51,349 nt of DNA. Origin: a virus. Taxonomy: Duplodnaviria > Caudoviricetes. Numbering within the stretch: the first letter of the stretch is position 1; the number at the start of each line of letters is the position of its first letter. Below, piece after piece: positions 26,377-35,935 of this stretch. Below the pieces are notes generated by a model, which was not told where the DNA came from, did no database searches, and saw nothing but the letters and a program-made list of their open reading frames with translations. Made by a program: the position numbers and the translations under genes. The stretch is taken from positions 1 through 51,349 of IMG/VR virus record IMGVR_UViG_3300006097_000004. One strand, 5' to 3'.

Positions 26377-26781
26377 ATGGCAGGTATGACGACTAAGCAG
26401 GAGCAATTCTGTTTAGAATATTTGAAAGATTTTAACGCTACTCAGGCGGCTATCAGGGCAGGATATAGCCCTAAAACCGCCGTTGTCACCGGACATGAAA
26501 ACCTTAGAAAACCTGATATCAAAAAAAAGATAGATCAGCTCATGTCAGAACTCATAGAGGACAAGAATAAAATAATAATTGATAATGTTCGATTCTGGAT
26601 CGATGTACGCAGCGACCTTGAAAATGACATGAAAGACAGATTGAAAGCGTCGGAGTACCTTGGGAAATATGCGGCCATGTTTACCGAGCGGATTGAACAC
26701 TCAGGCAACATAGAATTCAAAACAGTCTCCCTGGAAGAACTGGAAAATCATATAAACTCAGATACTCCGCGTGATGAATGA
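26377..26781 (+). CDS. terS: Terminase small subunit
   Basis: KQEQFCLEYLKDFNATQAAIRAGYSPKTA; DRLKASEYLGK. Confidence 0.92.
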   Translation: MAGMTTKQEQFCLEYLKDFNATQAAIRAGYSPKTAVVTGHENLRKPDIKKKIDQLMSELIEDKNKIIIDNVRFWIDVRSDLENDMKDRLKASEYLGKYAAMFTERIEHSGNIEFKTVSLEELENHINSDTPRDE

Positions 26782-28154
26782 ACGAAGCAATAAGCAAATG
26801 CAGGTCAAGTTTTATTTACTTCGTATCGGCGGTGGCACCGCATTTTATCTTTTCTGATTTTTCCCGGGACCTATGCCGTAATCTTCAAAAGTTTTTTGTT
26901 GATGCACAACGCGAAAAAATGCCGAAGCTTTTACTTGAGGCTCCACCGCAGCACGGTAAAAGTTTTATCTGTTCAGTTTTATTCCCGGCGTGGATAATCG
27001 GCGTACGTCCTAACTTAAGGGTTGCTGTTGCAACCTATACGTTTATCCTTGCGAAAAAACGAAACATAGAAATACAGCGTATTCTTGAATCAGATATGTA
27101 CAAGGCCATTTTCCCCGATACAACGCTACGTCAGGGAAACAAAACAGTTGACGGCGCACGTGACGCAGAAGGATTTGAAATAGTCGGGAAGGACGGCTCT
27201 ATGCGATTTGTCGGCGTCGGTGGATCGCTGACAGGTTTTCCCGTTGATATCGGAATAATTGACGATCCATACAAGGACATGTCAGAAGCCAGAAGTCAGA
27301 CTATGAATAATTCAGTCATTGAATGGTATAACTCGGTATTCAAAACACGTCTATCAAAAATAAGTGGAACTGTCATGATGCTTACCCGTTGGGCGACAAA
27401 TGACCTTGCAGCGTGGTGTATGAAAAATGAAAAATGGGACGAACATAAATATATGGCAATAGACAATGGAAAAGCTCTTGTGCCTCAGCTTCATCCAGTT
27501 GAACAGCTATTAGAAATACAGGCAAGTATGCCGCCTGCAATTTGGGAGGCCATGTATCAACAGAACCCTGTTATCCAGGGTGGAAATATTATCAAAGAGG
27601 AATGGCTGAAATATTATTCCGTACTGCCTGAAAAGTTTGAACGTGTATTCATAACCGGTGACACGGCGCAGAAGGTCAAAGAACACAATGACTTTTCTGT
27701 ATTTACTTGCTTCGGATTTGACGGCGCTAATGTGTATATTTTAGATATGTATCGCGGAAAGGTTACTGCTCCCGGGCTACGTGATGCCGCATTGGAATTC
27801 TGGAATAAATGGCAGAATGGGGCAGGCGGTGCGCATTGTTCAGGATTTTACATTGAGGACAAGGCAAGCGGAACTGGGCTTATTCAGGATTTACAGATAT
27901 CATCCCCTATACCAATTCTGCCGGTACAGCGTGACAGAGATAAATATACAAGGCTCATGGATATTTTGAATTACATACAGGCTGGTAAACTGTATCTTCC
28001 GGCAAATGCGGTTTATACTAAAATCATGGTTGACGAAATGCTTGCATTCTCCGGAGACATGAAACATGAACATGATGATATCATAGATACTATCATCGAC
28101 GGATTATATATAACATACGGTCCAGGTTTTATCTCAATGCTTGACGTACTTTAG
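26778..28154 (+). CDS. terL: Terminase large subunit
   Basis: APPQHGKS, GIIDDPYKD, LTRW, YQQNP, GDTAQK...DFSV, IEDKASG, HDDIID. Confidence 0.95.
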   Translation: MNEAISKCRSSFIYFVSAVAPHFIFSDFSRDLCRNLQKFFVDAQREKMPKLLLEAPPQHGKSFICSVLFPAWIIGVRPNLRVAVATYTFILAKKRNIEIQRILESDMYKAIFPDTTLRQGNKTVDGARDAEGFEIVGKDGSMRFVGVGGSLTGFPVDIGIIDDPYKDMSEARSQTMNNSVIEWYNSVFKTRLSKISGTVMMLTRWATNDLAAWCMKNEKWDEHKYMAIDNGKALVPQLHPVEQLLEIQASMPPAIWEAMYQQNPVIQGGNIIKEEWLKYYSVLPEKFERVFITGDTAQKVKEHNDFSVFTCFGFDGANVYILDMYRGKVTAPGLRDAALEFWNKWQNGAGGAHCSGFYIEDKASGTGLIQDLQISSPIPILPVQRDRDKYTRLMDILNYIQAGKLYLPANAVYTKIMVDEMLAFSGDMKHEHDDIIDTIIDGLYITYGPGFISMLDVL

Positions 28155-28159
28155 AACAA

Positions 28160-28188
28160 TTGACCGTAGATCAAAATAGGGGTAAGGT
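28160..28188 (+). promoter_or_regulatory. Candidate promoter before portal
   Basis: TTGACC-17 bp-TAAGGT, 6 nt before ATG 28195; the -10 could instead act as an SD. Confidence 0.45.
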
Positions 28189-28194
28189 ACAAAC

Positions 28195-29574
28195 ATGGCA
28201 CGGAGAAAATCGAATAACGGGCAGCGTTTTACAAATAGCCTCACGGAGATGGGGATTCAATTATCAATGCTAAACGGGACAACCGGCGGGAGCACGCTGT
28301 CAAGTTACGGGACGGCAGCCTACTCAAATAATTATTCACTTCTTACGCTGAACCGCATAATCCTTACCTACATGTATACCGGGAACGGTATTTTTCAGAC
28401 TGCTATTCAGCTTCCAATTCAGGACGCAATCGGGAAAGGCGTTGACATACAGTCCGGTGAACTCGATAACGATGACATCGATGAGGTTATGAGCTATTGG
28501 GAAGATATCGGCCTATGGGATGCTGTACTTAATTACTGGACATGGGTCAGGCTTTACGGTGGTGGCGCCCTGCTTGTAAATAGCAATCAGGACCCTCAGA
28601 AACCGCTTAATCTGAACACACTCGATAGAACACCATTAGACTTCTACGACATAGACCGCTGGCAGCTTGATACCAACCAGGCCATATTTGACGATTGGGA
28701 TTCTTACAGTCTGTCAGCATCAAACAATAACGATATGATTTATCTGTACGGCGAGCCCATCCATGAGAGCCGTTTTCTACGTTCCAAGGGAAAGCGGGCC
28801 CCGCATTATGTCCGTCGGGTACTACGTGGCTGGGGAATGAGTGAAGGCGAACGGATGATCCGTGACCTGAACTTGTACCTTAAAACGCAGGATGTACTGT
28901 ATGAAATACTCGATGAGTCGAAGGTTGACGTCTACAAAATAAACGGCCTTGCTCAAAAGCTCATGCAATCCGGGGGAACAGCTAAAATAACCCAGCGGGT
29001 ACAGGCGGCAAACGAGATAAAGAATTACGTCAATGCTCTGGTTCTCGATAGTCAGGAAGACTACGAGCAGAAGAGCATGAGTTTCGCCGGGCTTGCCGAA
29101 GTTATGAATCAGAACAGAATGGGCGTATCTGCGGCCTTGCGTATCCCGATGGCTAAATTGTTTGGAGAAGCGGCTTCCGGTTTTTCAAGCGGTGAGGATA
29201 CCTTACAGAATTATAATGCCATGGTTGAAAGTGAGATCAGAGCACCGCTTAAGCCTGTTATACGTAAGCTTTTAAAAATCACCATGGCTCATGTTTTAGG
29301 CTATGTTCCATCGTTTACGTTTGATTTTCCGTCGCTTCGTGAATTGAAACCGGAAATTGAGGATCAGATAAAAACCGGAGATACTAACCGGATACTATCA
29401 TTTTACGATCGTGGCCTTATTGATGCTCAGGAAGTTATGCAATCTGCCAGGAAAGCTGGAATCATTGATATCGAGACAAAGGCGGAACGCGGACTTGTTC
29501 AGAACCCGGTAGCGCCTGCAGGGGAAGAAGAAATTACGACCATGAGCGATCAAGTTAAACCAGTAGCGGAATGA
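28195..29574 (+). CDS. Portal protein (DUF1073-like)
   Basis: WVRLYGGGALL, IHESR, GWGMS, AALRIPMAKLFGEAASGFSSGEDTLQNY; follows TerL. Confidence 0.85.
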   Translation: MARRKSNNGQRFTNSLTEMGIQLSMLNGTTGGSTLSSYGTAAYSNNYSLLTLNRIILTYMYTGNGIFQTAIQLPIQDAIGKGVDIQSGELDNDDIDEVMSYWEDIGLWDAVLNYWTWVRLYGGGALLVNSNQDPQKPLNLNTLDRTPLDFYDIDRWQLDTNQAIFDDWDSYSLSASNNNDMIYLYGEPIHESRFLRSKGKRAPHYVRRVLRGWGMSEGERMIRDLNLYLKTQDVLYEILDESKVDVYKINGLAQKLMQSGGTAKITQRVQAANEIKNYVNALVLDSQEDYEQKSMSFAGLAEVMNQNRMGVSAALRIPMAKLFGEAASGFSSGEDTLQNYNAMVESEIRAPLKPVIRKLLKITMAHVLGYVPSFTFDFPSLRELKPEIEDQIKTGDTNRILSFYDRGLIDAQEVMQSARKAGIIDIETKAERGLVQNPVAPAGEEEITTMSDQVKPVAE

Positions 29575-30584
29575 TAAAACTACAGGAATCAGATTACAAA
29601 ATAATTGAGGATCAACTCATTGAATTATTTTACCAGTGGTACTATAAGCCTATTCTCGATCTGATGGATGATAAGCGTTTTAACCAGCTTTACAATTCAA
29701 ACAGCGCTCTTGTCTCCGCAATCAGACGAGGGACGGTAAAATACAAAGACGGAATATTTACCGGATCGTTTAATTCCCGCATATCAAAAGAGCTTTCCAG
29801 GTTCGCAAAATACAACGGACGCAAGAAACAATGGGAAGGCATGGCCCCGCCTGATGTAACAGCTGCGGCGATGATTGCAAACGATAAAATGATGAAACTA
29901 AACGAGCGCATAAAGGCTGAGCTGAATACCATGGAGGCCCGGGTAAAGTCTTCGATAAATAACCTGCCGCTCCGTGTTGAGGAAGTAATCAACGATATCG
30001 ACGGCCGCTTAGTCAAAGAGGTTAAGGGAATAACTGTCTTGCCAGAAATAACCGAAGATATGCGGAAAAGTCTCACGGAAAAGTATACCGAGAATATGGA
30101 GCTTTACGTCAAGGATTGGAATCCTGAACAGATAAAGCGCCTCCGTGTGATGGTAGAAAACAATATCCGTAAGGGACTCAACAAGCAAGATATGCGCGAC
30201 GCTATTATGTCGGAGTTTGGCACCACCAGGGCGAAGGCGCAATTTTTAGCCCGTAACGAGGTCAGTCTATGGCTTGCCGAGATGCGTAACAACAGGTTCG
30301 GCGATGCGGGGGTTGAGATTTACAAATGGTCAACGTCGAATGATTCCCGGGTTGTAGGCACCCCCGGCGGGAAATGGCCCGAGCCGTCGAAGGGACACGG
30401 CAACCATTTTCTACTTCAGGGCTGCATATGTAGACTTGATGATCCTACAGTTTACGCCGATAGCCTGAAAGATGCTAAAGCCGGCAAGTGGAAAAGCAAG
30501 CTTGCAATCGGAGCTGGCGACAAGCACCCCGGGCAGGAATATTTGTGCCGCTGCGGGATGATACCTGTACTATTGCCTAAATAG
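29571..30584 (+). CDS. Minor head / morphogenesis protein (Mu gpF / SPP1 gp7-like)
   Basis: AQFLARNE, YKWSTSNDSRV, HPGQEYLCRC. Confidence 0.88.
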   Translation: MIKLQESDYKIIEDQLIELFYQWYYKPILDLMDDKRFNQLYNSNSALVSAIRRGTVKYKDGIFTGSFNSRISKELSRFAKYNGRKKQWEGMAPPDVTAAAMIANDKMMKLNERIKAELNTMEARVKSSINNLPLRVEEVINDIDGRLVKEVKGITVLPEITEDMRKSLTEKYTENMELYVKDWNPEQIKRLRVMVENNIRKGLNKQDMRDAIMSEFGTTRAKAQFLARNEVSLWLAEMRNNRFGDAGVEIYKWSTSNDSRVVGTPGGKWPEPSKGHGNHFLLQGCICRLDDPTVYADSLKDAKAGKWKSKLAIGAGDKHPGQEYLCRCGMIPVLLPK

Positions 30585-30613
30585 TAAACAAACGTATAGC
30601 AAACAAATGTTAC

Positions 30614-30643
30614 TTGACAATTGTATAGTATTTACTCCATTAT
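30614..30643 (+). promoter_or_regulatory. Late promoter before the head protease (leaderless)
   Basis: TTGACA-18 bp-CATTAT, 6 nt before ATG 30650, no SD. Confidence 0.55.
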
Positions 30644-30649
30644 CTAAGT

Positions 30650-32317
30650 ATGAGCGTCAAAACGCAAAAGGTCAGAAACGCGGCCCCGAAAAAATACAAA
30701 GCGAGGATGATTGCCCCCGGATTGGTCAATTATGACGATCTCGGAATAGGTAACGTCCTTGTACGTAAACCGGCACTTGATAAAATCAATCCGGGATGGA
30801 CGGGGAAGCCCGTGTTTAACATGACACACCGGGACGTATCGGAAATAGAGGCGTTCGATTTCCGCAACGAAGACCCGGAGAATTTCGCTGACGGTATCAT
30901 AACGGAATCAGTTTACGATGATGCAAGCGGGTTTTACGTCGCTGAGTTTTTAGTATGGGATGCGGAAACGCAGGAGACCCTTGATCTAAAAGACCGGACA
31001 GGAAAACCGCTGTATAGCGTATCGTGCGCGTACACGGTAACCGAAGAGGACGAGACCGGAGGGGAATACAACGGTATACCCTTCACATCAGAAGTACTCA
31101 ACGGGCGCGCTGATCACTTGGCCATCGTAAATAATCCGAGATACCCGGATGCGGTATTATTGGAGAACGCTAAACCCGATAAGGAGAAATCTATGGGATT
31201 TAAACTATTTTTGAACAAGGGCAAGGATGAGGCCGACGCGAAAAAGCGTAAAAACGAACTGCCGCCTCCTGAACCCGAAGAGACCGCGGCCCCGAAAAAA
31301 TACAAAGCGAGGATGATTGCCCCCGGATTGGTCAATTATGACGATCTCGGAATAGGTAACGTCCTTGTACGTAAACCGGCACTTGATAAAATCAATCCGG
31401 GATGGACGGGGAAGCCCGTGTTTAACATGACACACCGGGACGTATCGGAAATAGAGGCGTTCGATTTCCGCAACGAAGACCCGGAGAATTTCGCTGACGG
31501 TATCATAACGGAATCAGTTTACGATGATGCAAGCGGGTTTTACGTCGCTGAGTTTTTAGTATGGGATGCGGAAACGCAGGAGACCCTTGATCTAAAAGAC
31601 CGGACAGGAAAACCGCTGTATAGCGTATCGTGCGCGTACACGGTAACCGAAGAGGACGAGACCGGAGGGGAATACAACGGTATACCCTTCACATCAGAAG
31701 TACTCAACGGGCGCGCTGATCACTTGGCCATCGTAAATAATCCGAGATACCCGGATGCGGTATTATTGGAGAACGCTAAACCCGATAAGGAGAAATCTAT
31801 GGGATTTAAACTATTTTTGAACAAGGGCAAGGATGAGGCCGACGCGAAAAAGCGTAAAAACGAACTGCCGCCTCCTGAACCCGAAGAGACCGAGGAGGAT
31901 GTCGAAGTGGACGGTTACGTTGAAATGGAGAACGGAGAAAAAGTCCCCATGAATGAGCTTGTCGCTGCGTATAATGAGAAAATGAAAAACGCAGAGGAAG
32001 AGGACAAGAAATATGACATGGAGGATGAGGTTGTTGTAAACGGCGAGACCATGAAAGTCAAAGATCTTGTGGCCGCGTGCGGATACGGCACTCAGCAGGA
32101 AAACGCCGAAGCACCGACCGATGAAAAAGCCGAGGATGTTGTTGACGAGAAAAAGCAGGTCAGCAACTCGAAGAAAGAGAAAAATGAGAATTTCCGCAAG
32201 GTAGCCAATGCCGTTAAAGGCGATGAGGCCCCGGCGGAGAGAAACGTTAACACCGCAACAAAGCGCCTTGAGCGTGGCAAGCAGCGGTATACCATACCCA
32301 AGAAGGGGGATAAATAA
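30650..32317 (+). CDS. Prohead protease-scaffold protein (DUF2213-like) with an in-frame duplicated domain
   Basis: GKPVFNMTH, SVSCAY, DHLAIVNNPRY; acidic scaffold-like C terminus; position before the capsid genes. Confidence 0.8.
   Translation: MSVKTQKVRNAAPKKYKARMIAPGLVNYDDLGIGNVLVRKPALDKINPGWTGKPVFNMTHRDVSEIEAFDFRNEDPENFADGIITESVYDDASGFYVAEFLVWDAETQETLDLKDRTGKPLYSVSCAYTVTEEDETGGEYNGIPFTSEVLNGRADHLAIVNNPRYPDAVLLENAKPDKEKSMGFKLFLNKGKDEADAKKRKNELPPPEPEETAAPKKYKARMIAPGLVNYDDLGIGNVLVRKPALDKINPGWTGKPVFNMTHRDVSEIEAFDFRNEDPENFADGIITESVYDDASGFYVAEFLVWDAETQETLDLKDRTGKPLYSVSCAYTVTEEDETGGEYNGIPFTSEVLNGRADHLAIVNNPRYPDAVLLENAKPDKEKSMGFKLFLNKGKDEADAKKRKNELPPPEPEETEEDVEVDGYVEMENGEKVPMNELVAAYNEKMKNAEEEDKKYDMEDEVVVNGETMKVKDLVAACGYGTQQENAEAPTDEKAEDVVDEKKQVSNSKKEKNENFRKVANAVKGDEAPAERNVNTATKRLERGKQRYTIPKKGDK
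30679..31890. repeat. Exact 606-bp tandem duplication (30679-31284 / 31285-31890)
   Basis: No mismatches seen by eye; 202 codons; CG microhomology at the junction. Confidence 0.95.
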
Positions 32318-32805
32318 TGGCTTTGCAGAACCTAAACCAGTTCAAGCAGACTCCCGTAGTCGGGAAGCTGGCAGATGATACCACCGGGCGCGTATTTACG
32401 CTGACTTGTCGTTTCAAAGACGCACAGACTACCGGGAATAACCTTGAACCCGGTACCCCGGTCAAACTTGTCGACCTTGGTGCGAGTGACTTCTCGAGTC
32501 CTCCCATTGTTGATTTCATGGCTGATGACAATGACGGCGGTGCTCTCGGCGTAGCACTTTGGGACACGAAGAAGAACCCGAAGGAAGATAGCGACCTTGT
32601 ACAGGTAGCCCTTGAGGGTTCAATTGTCTATCTTGAGGCATCGGCCGCTATCTCGCGTGGTGCTTCCGTAGCTGCCGTACTTGCGGCTCCTGGGGAAATT
32701 GTGACCGCTACTACTCAGGACATCTTGGGTGTTGCACTGGACAAAGCCGCAGCTGACGGGGATGTAATCCGCGTTCGTATCAAGCCCGTAGCGGTGAGCA
32801 CCTAA
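32317..32805 (+). CDS. Capsid decoration/cement protein
   Basis: LNQFKQTPVVG, LEASAAISRGASV, GVALDKAAADGDVIRV; directly upstream of the capsid gene. Confidence 0.7.
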   Translation: MALQNLNQFKQTPVVGKLADDTTGRVFTLTCRFKDAQTTGNNLEPGTPVKLVDLGASDFSSPPIVDFMADDNDGGALGVALWDTKKNPKEDSDLVQVALEGSIVYLEASAAISRGASVAAVLAAPGEIVTATTQDILGVALDKAAADGDVIRVRIKPVAVST

Positions 32806-32819
32806 GGAGGGGATGAAAG

Positions 32820-33875
32820 ATGAAAGGTAATATAGGACTTGTGGGCAGACTTTTGAAAAACGCGGGGATCGTTCCCGATTACGTAGGCGGGCGACGCCTT
32901 ACCAATGCCAATGGCGATATTGACCCGGCATCGAGCGGTTACCGGTACATAATCGACACGCTGAGTTATATCCGGTCGAGTGTAATTGACCAGGTATTCT
33001 ATGAGGTTTCTATCGGCGATTATCTCCCGATGGACGTAGGCGAGGCCGCATGGATGGAAGAGATAATCCAGAACGTGAACTTCTACCAGGGCGGTAGTTT
33101 TTACGAGGGTGACGCTGATATTCAGGCTGACACCGGACGGCTTGCACAGGTAGGGGCAGGACTTGATAAGGTTCGCATGGACGTCAAAACCTGGGCGAAG
33201 GCCACAGGCTGGACTATTATGGAGCTTTCCAAGGCTGCTGCTGCTAACAATTGGGATGTTGTCGAGGCAAAACTCAAGAGTCTCAAGAAGAACTGGGATC
33301 TTGGTATTCAGGAAACCGCTTTTCTGGGGCATCCCGATGGAACCCTGACCGGGCTTCTGAATGACAGTGAGGTAAATATCAATACCACGCTGATCACCGA
33401 GCCTCTTTCCGGCATGACCGGGACTGAGTTCCAGGCTTTTATAGCCGGGCTACTCGGTGCCTACTGGACCAATTCGCAGAGTACCCGCCTGCCGGATACC
33501 TTCGTTATGCCGACCGACGATTATCTGGGACTTGCTTCTGCGGCTTCCCCGGATTATCCGAACATTAGCAAACTTGAGTACATGCTGAACGCATTCCGCA
33601 AGATGACCGCTAATGAGGGATTCCAGATTCTCCCGCTGGCATACGCGCAGGATGATTTCAATGACGATCGCGGAATCAACAAAAACCGGTATGCACTGTA
33701 CCGAAACGACGCCGATACCCTGAAAATGGCTATCCCCGTTGATTTTACCATGTTGGAGGCTGACACCACCAACAAAATCAACTGGCAGCAGGCTGCCTAC
33801 GGACAGTACTCCGGCGTACTGATTAACCGGAAACGGGAAGTCTTGTATTTTGACGAAACCGCACCGAGCACTTAA
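32820..33875 (+). CDS. Major capsid protein (DUF2184/encapsulin-like HK97 fold)
   Basis: WTIMELSKAA, AFLG...TGLLND, PDTFVMP, YSGVLINR; followed by a terminator. Confidence 0.85.
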   Translation: MKGNIGLVGRLLKNAGIVPDYVGGRRLTNANGDIDPASSGYRYIIDTLSYIRSSVIDQVFYEVSIGDYLPMDVGEAAWMEEIIQNVNFYQGGSFYEGDADIQADTGRLAQVGAGLDKVRMDVKTWAKATGWTIMELSKAAAANNWDVVEAKLKSLKKNWDLGIQETAFLGHPDGTLTGLLNDSEVNINTTLITEPLSGMTGTEFQAFIAGLLGAYWTNSQSTRLPDTFVMPTDDYLGLASAASPDYPNISKLEYMLNAFRKMTANEGFQILPLAYAQDDFNDDRGINKNRYALYRNDADTLKMAIPVDFTMLEADTTNKINWQQAAYGQYSGVLINRKREVLYFDETAPST

Positions 33876-33894
33876 GAAACAGCATCAGACAATT

Positions 33895-33922
33895 AGCCCC
33901 TGGGAAACCGGGGGCTTTTTTA
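33895..33922 (+). terminator. Rho-independent terminator after capsid gene
   Basis: AGCCCCTGG-GAAA-CCGGGGGCT followed by a T-run. Confidence 0.85.
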
Positions 33923-33951
33923 TTGCACAGACCGCTAAAATGTATTACGGT
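33923..33951 (+). promoter_or_regulatory. Candidate promoter (leaderless) restarting transcription after the capsid terminator
   Basis: TTGCAC-17 bp-TACGGT, 6 nt before ATG 33958; weak -10. Confidence 0.4.
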
Positions 33952-33957
33952 AAAATT

Positions 33958-34419
33958 ATGCACGATCTAATTATCATGGGCCTGGGTAACGGCTGGCGGG
34001 ATATTGTAAACGAAGAAGCCCGGGAAGTCTGGGCGGTCCTGTCAGTCTATAGCAATTACAAACAGGCTGATAAGTATTTTGATATTCACAAAATGACAAA
34101 TGCGAAGCTTGAACGATTGAGGGAGATAATCCCGAAGGAAAAGTTATTCAGGGCTGAGGCGTTTCCTCATGCTGATCTTATCAAACAGTTTGGCCCGGTC
34201 TTCCATTCCTCAGTCTCATGGATGCTTGGCTACGCTTGTTTATTGGGATATACTGATATCAAGATGATCGGCGTAAACATGGAACACGGCACGGAGTACG
34301 GCAGTCAGCGGGATTCTTACTTTTACATGGTCGGGAACCTTGCGGCCCGTGGCGTGACTGTTTACACTGACCGAAAATCAGGAGTATATTTAAGTACAGA
34401 AATGTACGGAGGAGTTTAG
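33958..34419 (+). CDS. Rossmann-like putative glycosyltransferase (Maf/sialyltransferase-like)
   Basis: LIIMGLGNG, EVWAV, SSVSWMLGYACLLGYTDIKMIGVNM...EYGSQR; family call from motif memory only. Confidence 0.45.
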   Translation: MHDLIIMGLGNGWRDIVNEEAREVWAVLSVYSNYKQADKYFDIHKMTNAKLERLREIIPKEKLFRAEAFPHADLIKQFGPVFHSSVSWMLGYACLLGYTDIKMIGVNMEHGTEYGSQRDSYFYMVGNLAARGVTVYTDRKSGVYLSTEMYGGV

Positions 34420-34423
34420 GAAA

Positions 34424-34675
34424 ATGGCTACATTGTATAACAAAGGAAAACGAACATGGAAGCTTGCGAAAGATTTGAAAGAATTGAAGCCCGGCAAGCG
34501 CATAGACGTTGACAAGAAACTTGCGGAGAAATACATCGGTCTTTACCCGAAGGAATTCGAGCTCATGGAAAGTATAGAACAGAAAGCAGAACCGAAGCGT
34601 AAGCCCCGTAAGCAGAAAGCTGAACCTGAAACGGTAAACGCCGAGGATATCGAAGTAAAACTTGAGGAAGAATAA
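34424..34675 (+). CDS. Small head-associated hypothetical protein
   Basis: GGAG RBS; basic/acidic low-complexity tail. Confidence 0.6.
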   Translation: MATLYNKGKRTWKLAKDLKELKPGKRIDVDKKLAEKYIGLYPKEFELMESIEQKAEPKRKPRKQKAEPETVNAEDIEVKLEEE

Positions 34676-35094
34676 TGGTTACGATAACCGCTACTGATTT
34701 CAAAGCTTATTTTGACCGTGGACAATTTACCTACGGTGCTACTCTGCCTGATATACGGGACACCGATATTGACAGGGCGATAGCGGAAGCAGAGGCGGTT
34801 TTCAACCATGATTTATATCCTACTGAGGTTGTAGAAAATCTTGCCCTGTTGTACCTTACTGCCCATTATTTGCAAGGGGACACCGATGCCGCTGATTCAG
34901 GCGGTCAAAGTCAGCTTCCGCAGACGTCCAGATCGGCAGACGGGATTTCTGAAGGGTTACATATTCCAGACTGGATACAACAGGGCGAGTTTTCAATCTA
35001 TGCCACTACATACTACGGTATTAAGTTTCTCATGCTGTCAAAACCCTATCTTGACGGCGCTGTATATAGTGTGCCCGGGGGGACGCAATTTTGA
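34675..35094 (+). CDS. Head-tail adaptor (DUF4054-like)
   Basis: LYLTAHYL, SRSADGIS, YATTYYGIKF. Confidence 0.8.
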   Translation: MVTITATDFKAYFDRGQFTYGATLPDIRDTDIDRAIAEAEAVFNHDLYPTEVVENLALLYLTAHYLQGDTDAADSGGQSQLPQTSRSADGISEGLHIPDWIQQGEFSIYATTYYGIKFLMLSKPYLDGAVYSVPGGTQF

Positions 35095-35588
35095 GTTTTT
35101 CTGAACGCTACGGCACAAGCATAGTACAGGGCGATTTCTCAAAACTTGAAAAACTTGTAAAAGAATTGGGAACAGATTATTACGTTGATGTAGGGATCAT
35201 CGGTGAAAATACGGAGACTGAAAGCGGCCTCACAATTGCGGGTATCGGAGCGGTTCATGAGTTTGGAACTGACAAGGCAGGTCGGGGGAACAGTACCGTA
35301 ATTCCTGAACGCTCTTTTATCCGTATGCCTCTTAATAAAAAACAAGGGCATATACAAAAACAGGTTGAGGGGCGTCTTGAAGCTCATCTTGCCCGGGGCG
35401 ACGTGAAAGCGGTTTTCAAAGATATCGGCATAGCGGCAGAGGGCGCAATCCAAGAGGCTTTTGATACCAGGGGGTTCGGAACATGGAAAGAAAACGCAGA
35501 CAGCACAATCGAGAAGAAGGGGAGCGATGCCCCGCTAATTGACGATGGGACACTCCGCAAGTCCATATCATCTGAGGTAGGCCAATAA
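35091..35588 (+). CDS. Neck / virion morphogenesis protein
   Basis: AVHEFGT, IPERSFIR, NADSTIEKKGSDAPLIDDGTLRKSI. Confidence 0.8.
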   Translation: MSFSERYGTSIVQGDFSKLEKLVKELGTDYYVDVGIIGENTETESGLTIAGIGAVHEFGTDKAGRGNSTVIPERSFIRMPLNKKQGHIQKQVEGRLEAHLARGDVKAVFKDIGIAAEGAIQEAFDTRGFGTWKENADSTIEKKGSDAPLIDDGTLRKSISSEVGQ

Positions 35589-35935
35589 TGGCAGTGCCCT
35601 ATGTCGGCCATGTACTGAAAGGCTGGACAACAAAACAGACCGTTACCTTTGTCACGAAAACAATTGACCCGGATACTCATAAGACCGTTGAAGTTGAAAC
35701 AACCGCAGTCTACCAGGTAAACCGGCAGCCGGTACCGCAGCAGAAAATAGACCAGAAGCAGGACGGGGAAAGAAACTGGAAATGGTGGAGCTTTATTATT
35801 CGTGGTATGGTCTACCTGTCAAAAGATGATCGCGTAACAATCGCCGGGGTGAGATACAGAATCATGAATGGATCCGACTGGTCTCAAAGCGGATTCACGA
35901 AGTTTGAGGCCGTGGAGGATTATACAAGTGCCTGA
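35588..35935 (+). CDS. Head closure / head-tail joining protein
   Basis: Position; DRVTIAGVRYRI...DWSQSGF. Confidence 0.65.
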   Translation: MAVPYVGHVLKGWTTKQTVTFVTKTIDPDTHKTVEVETTAVYQVNRQPVPQQKIDQKQDGERNWKWWSFIIRGMVYLSKDDRVTIAGVRYRIMNGSDWSQSGFTKFEAVEDYTSA

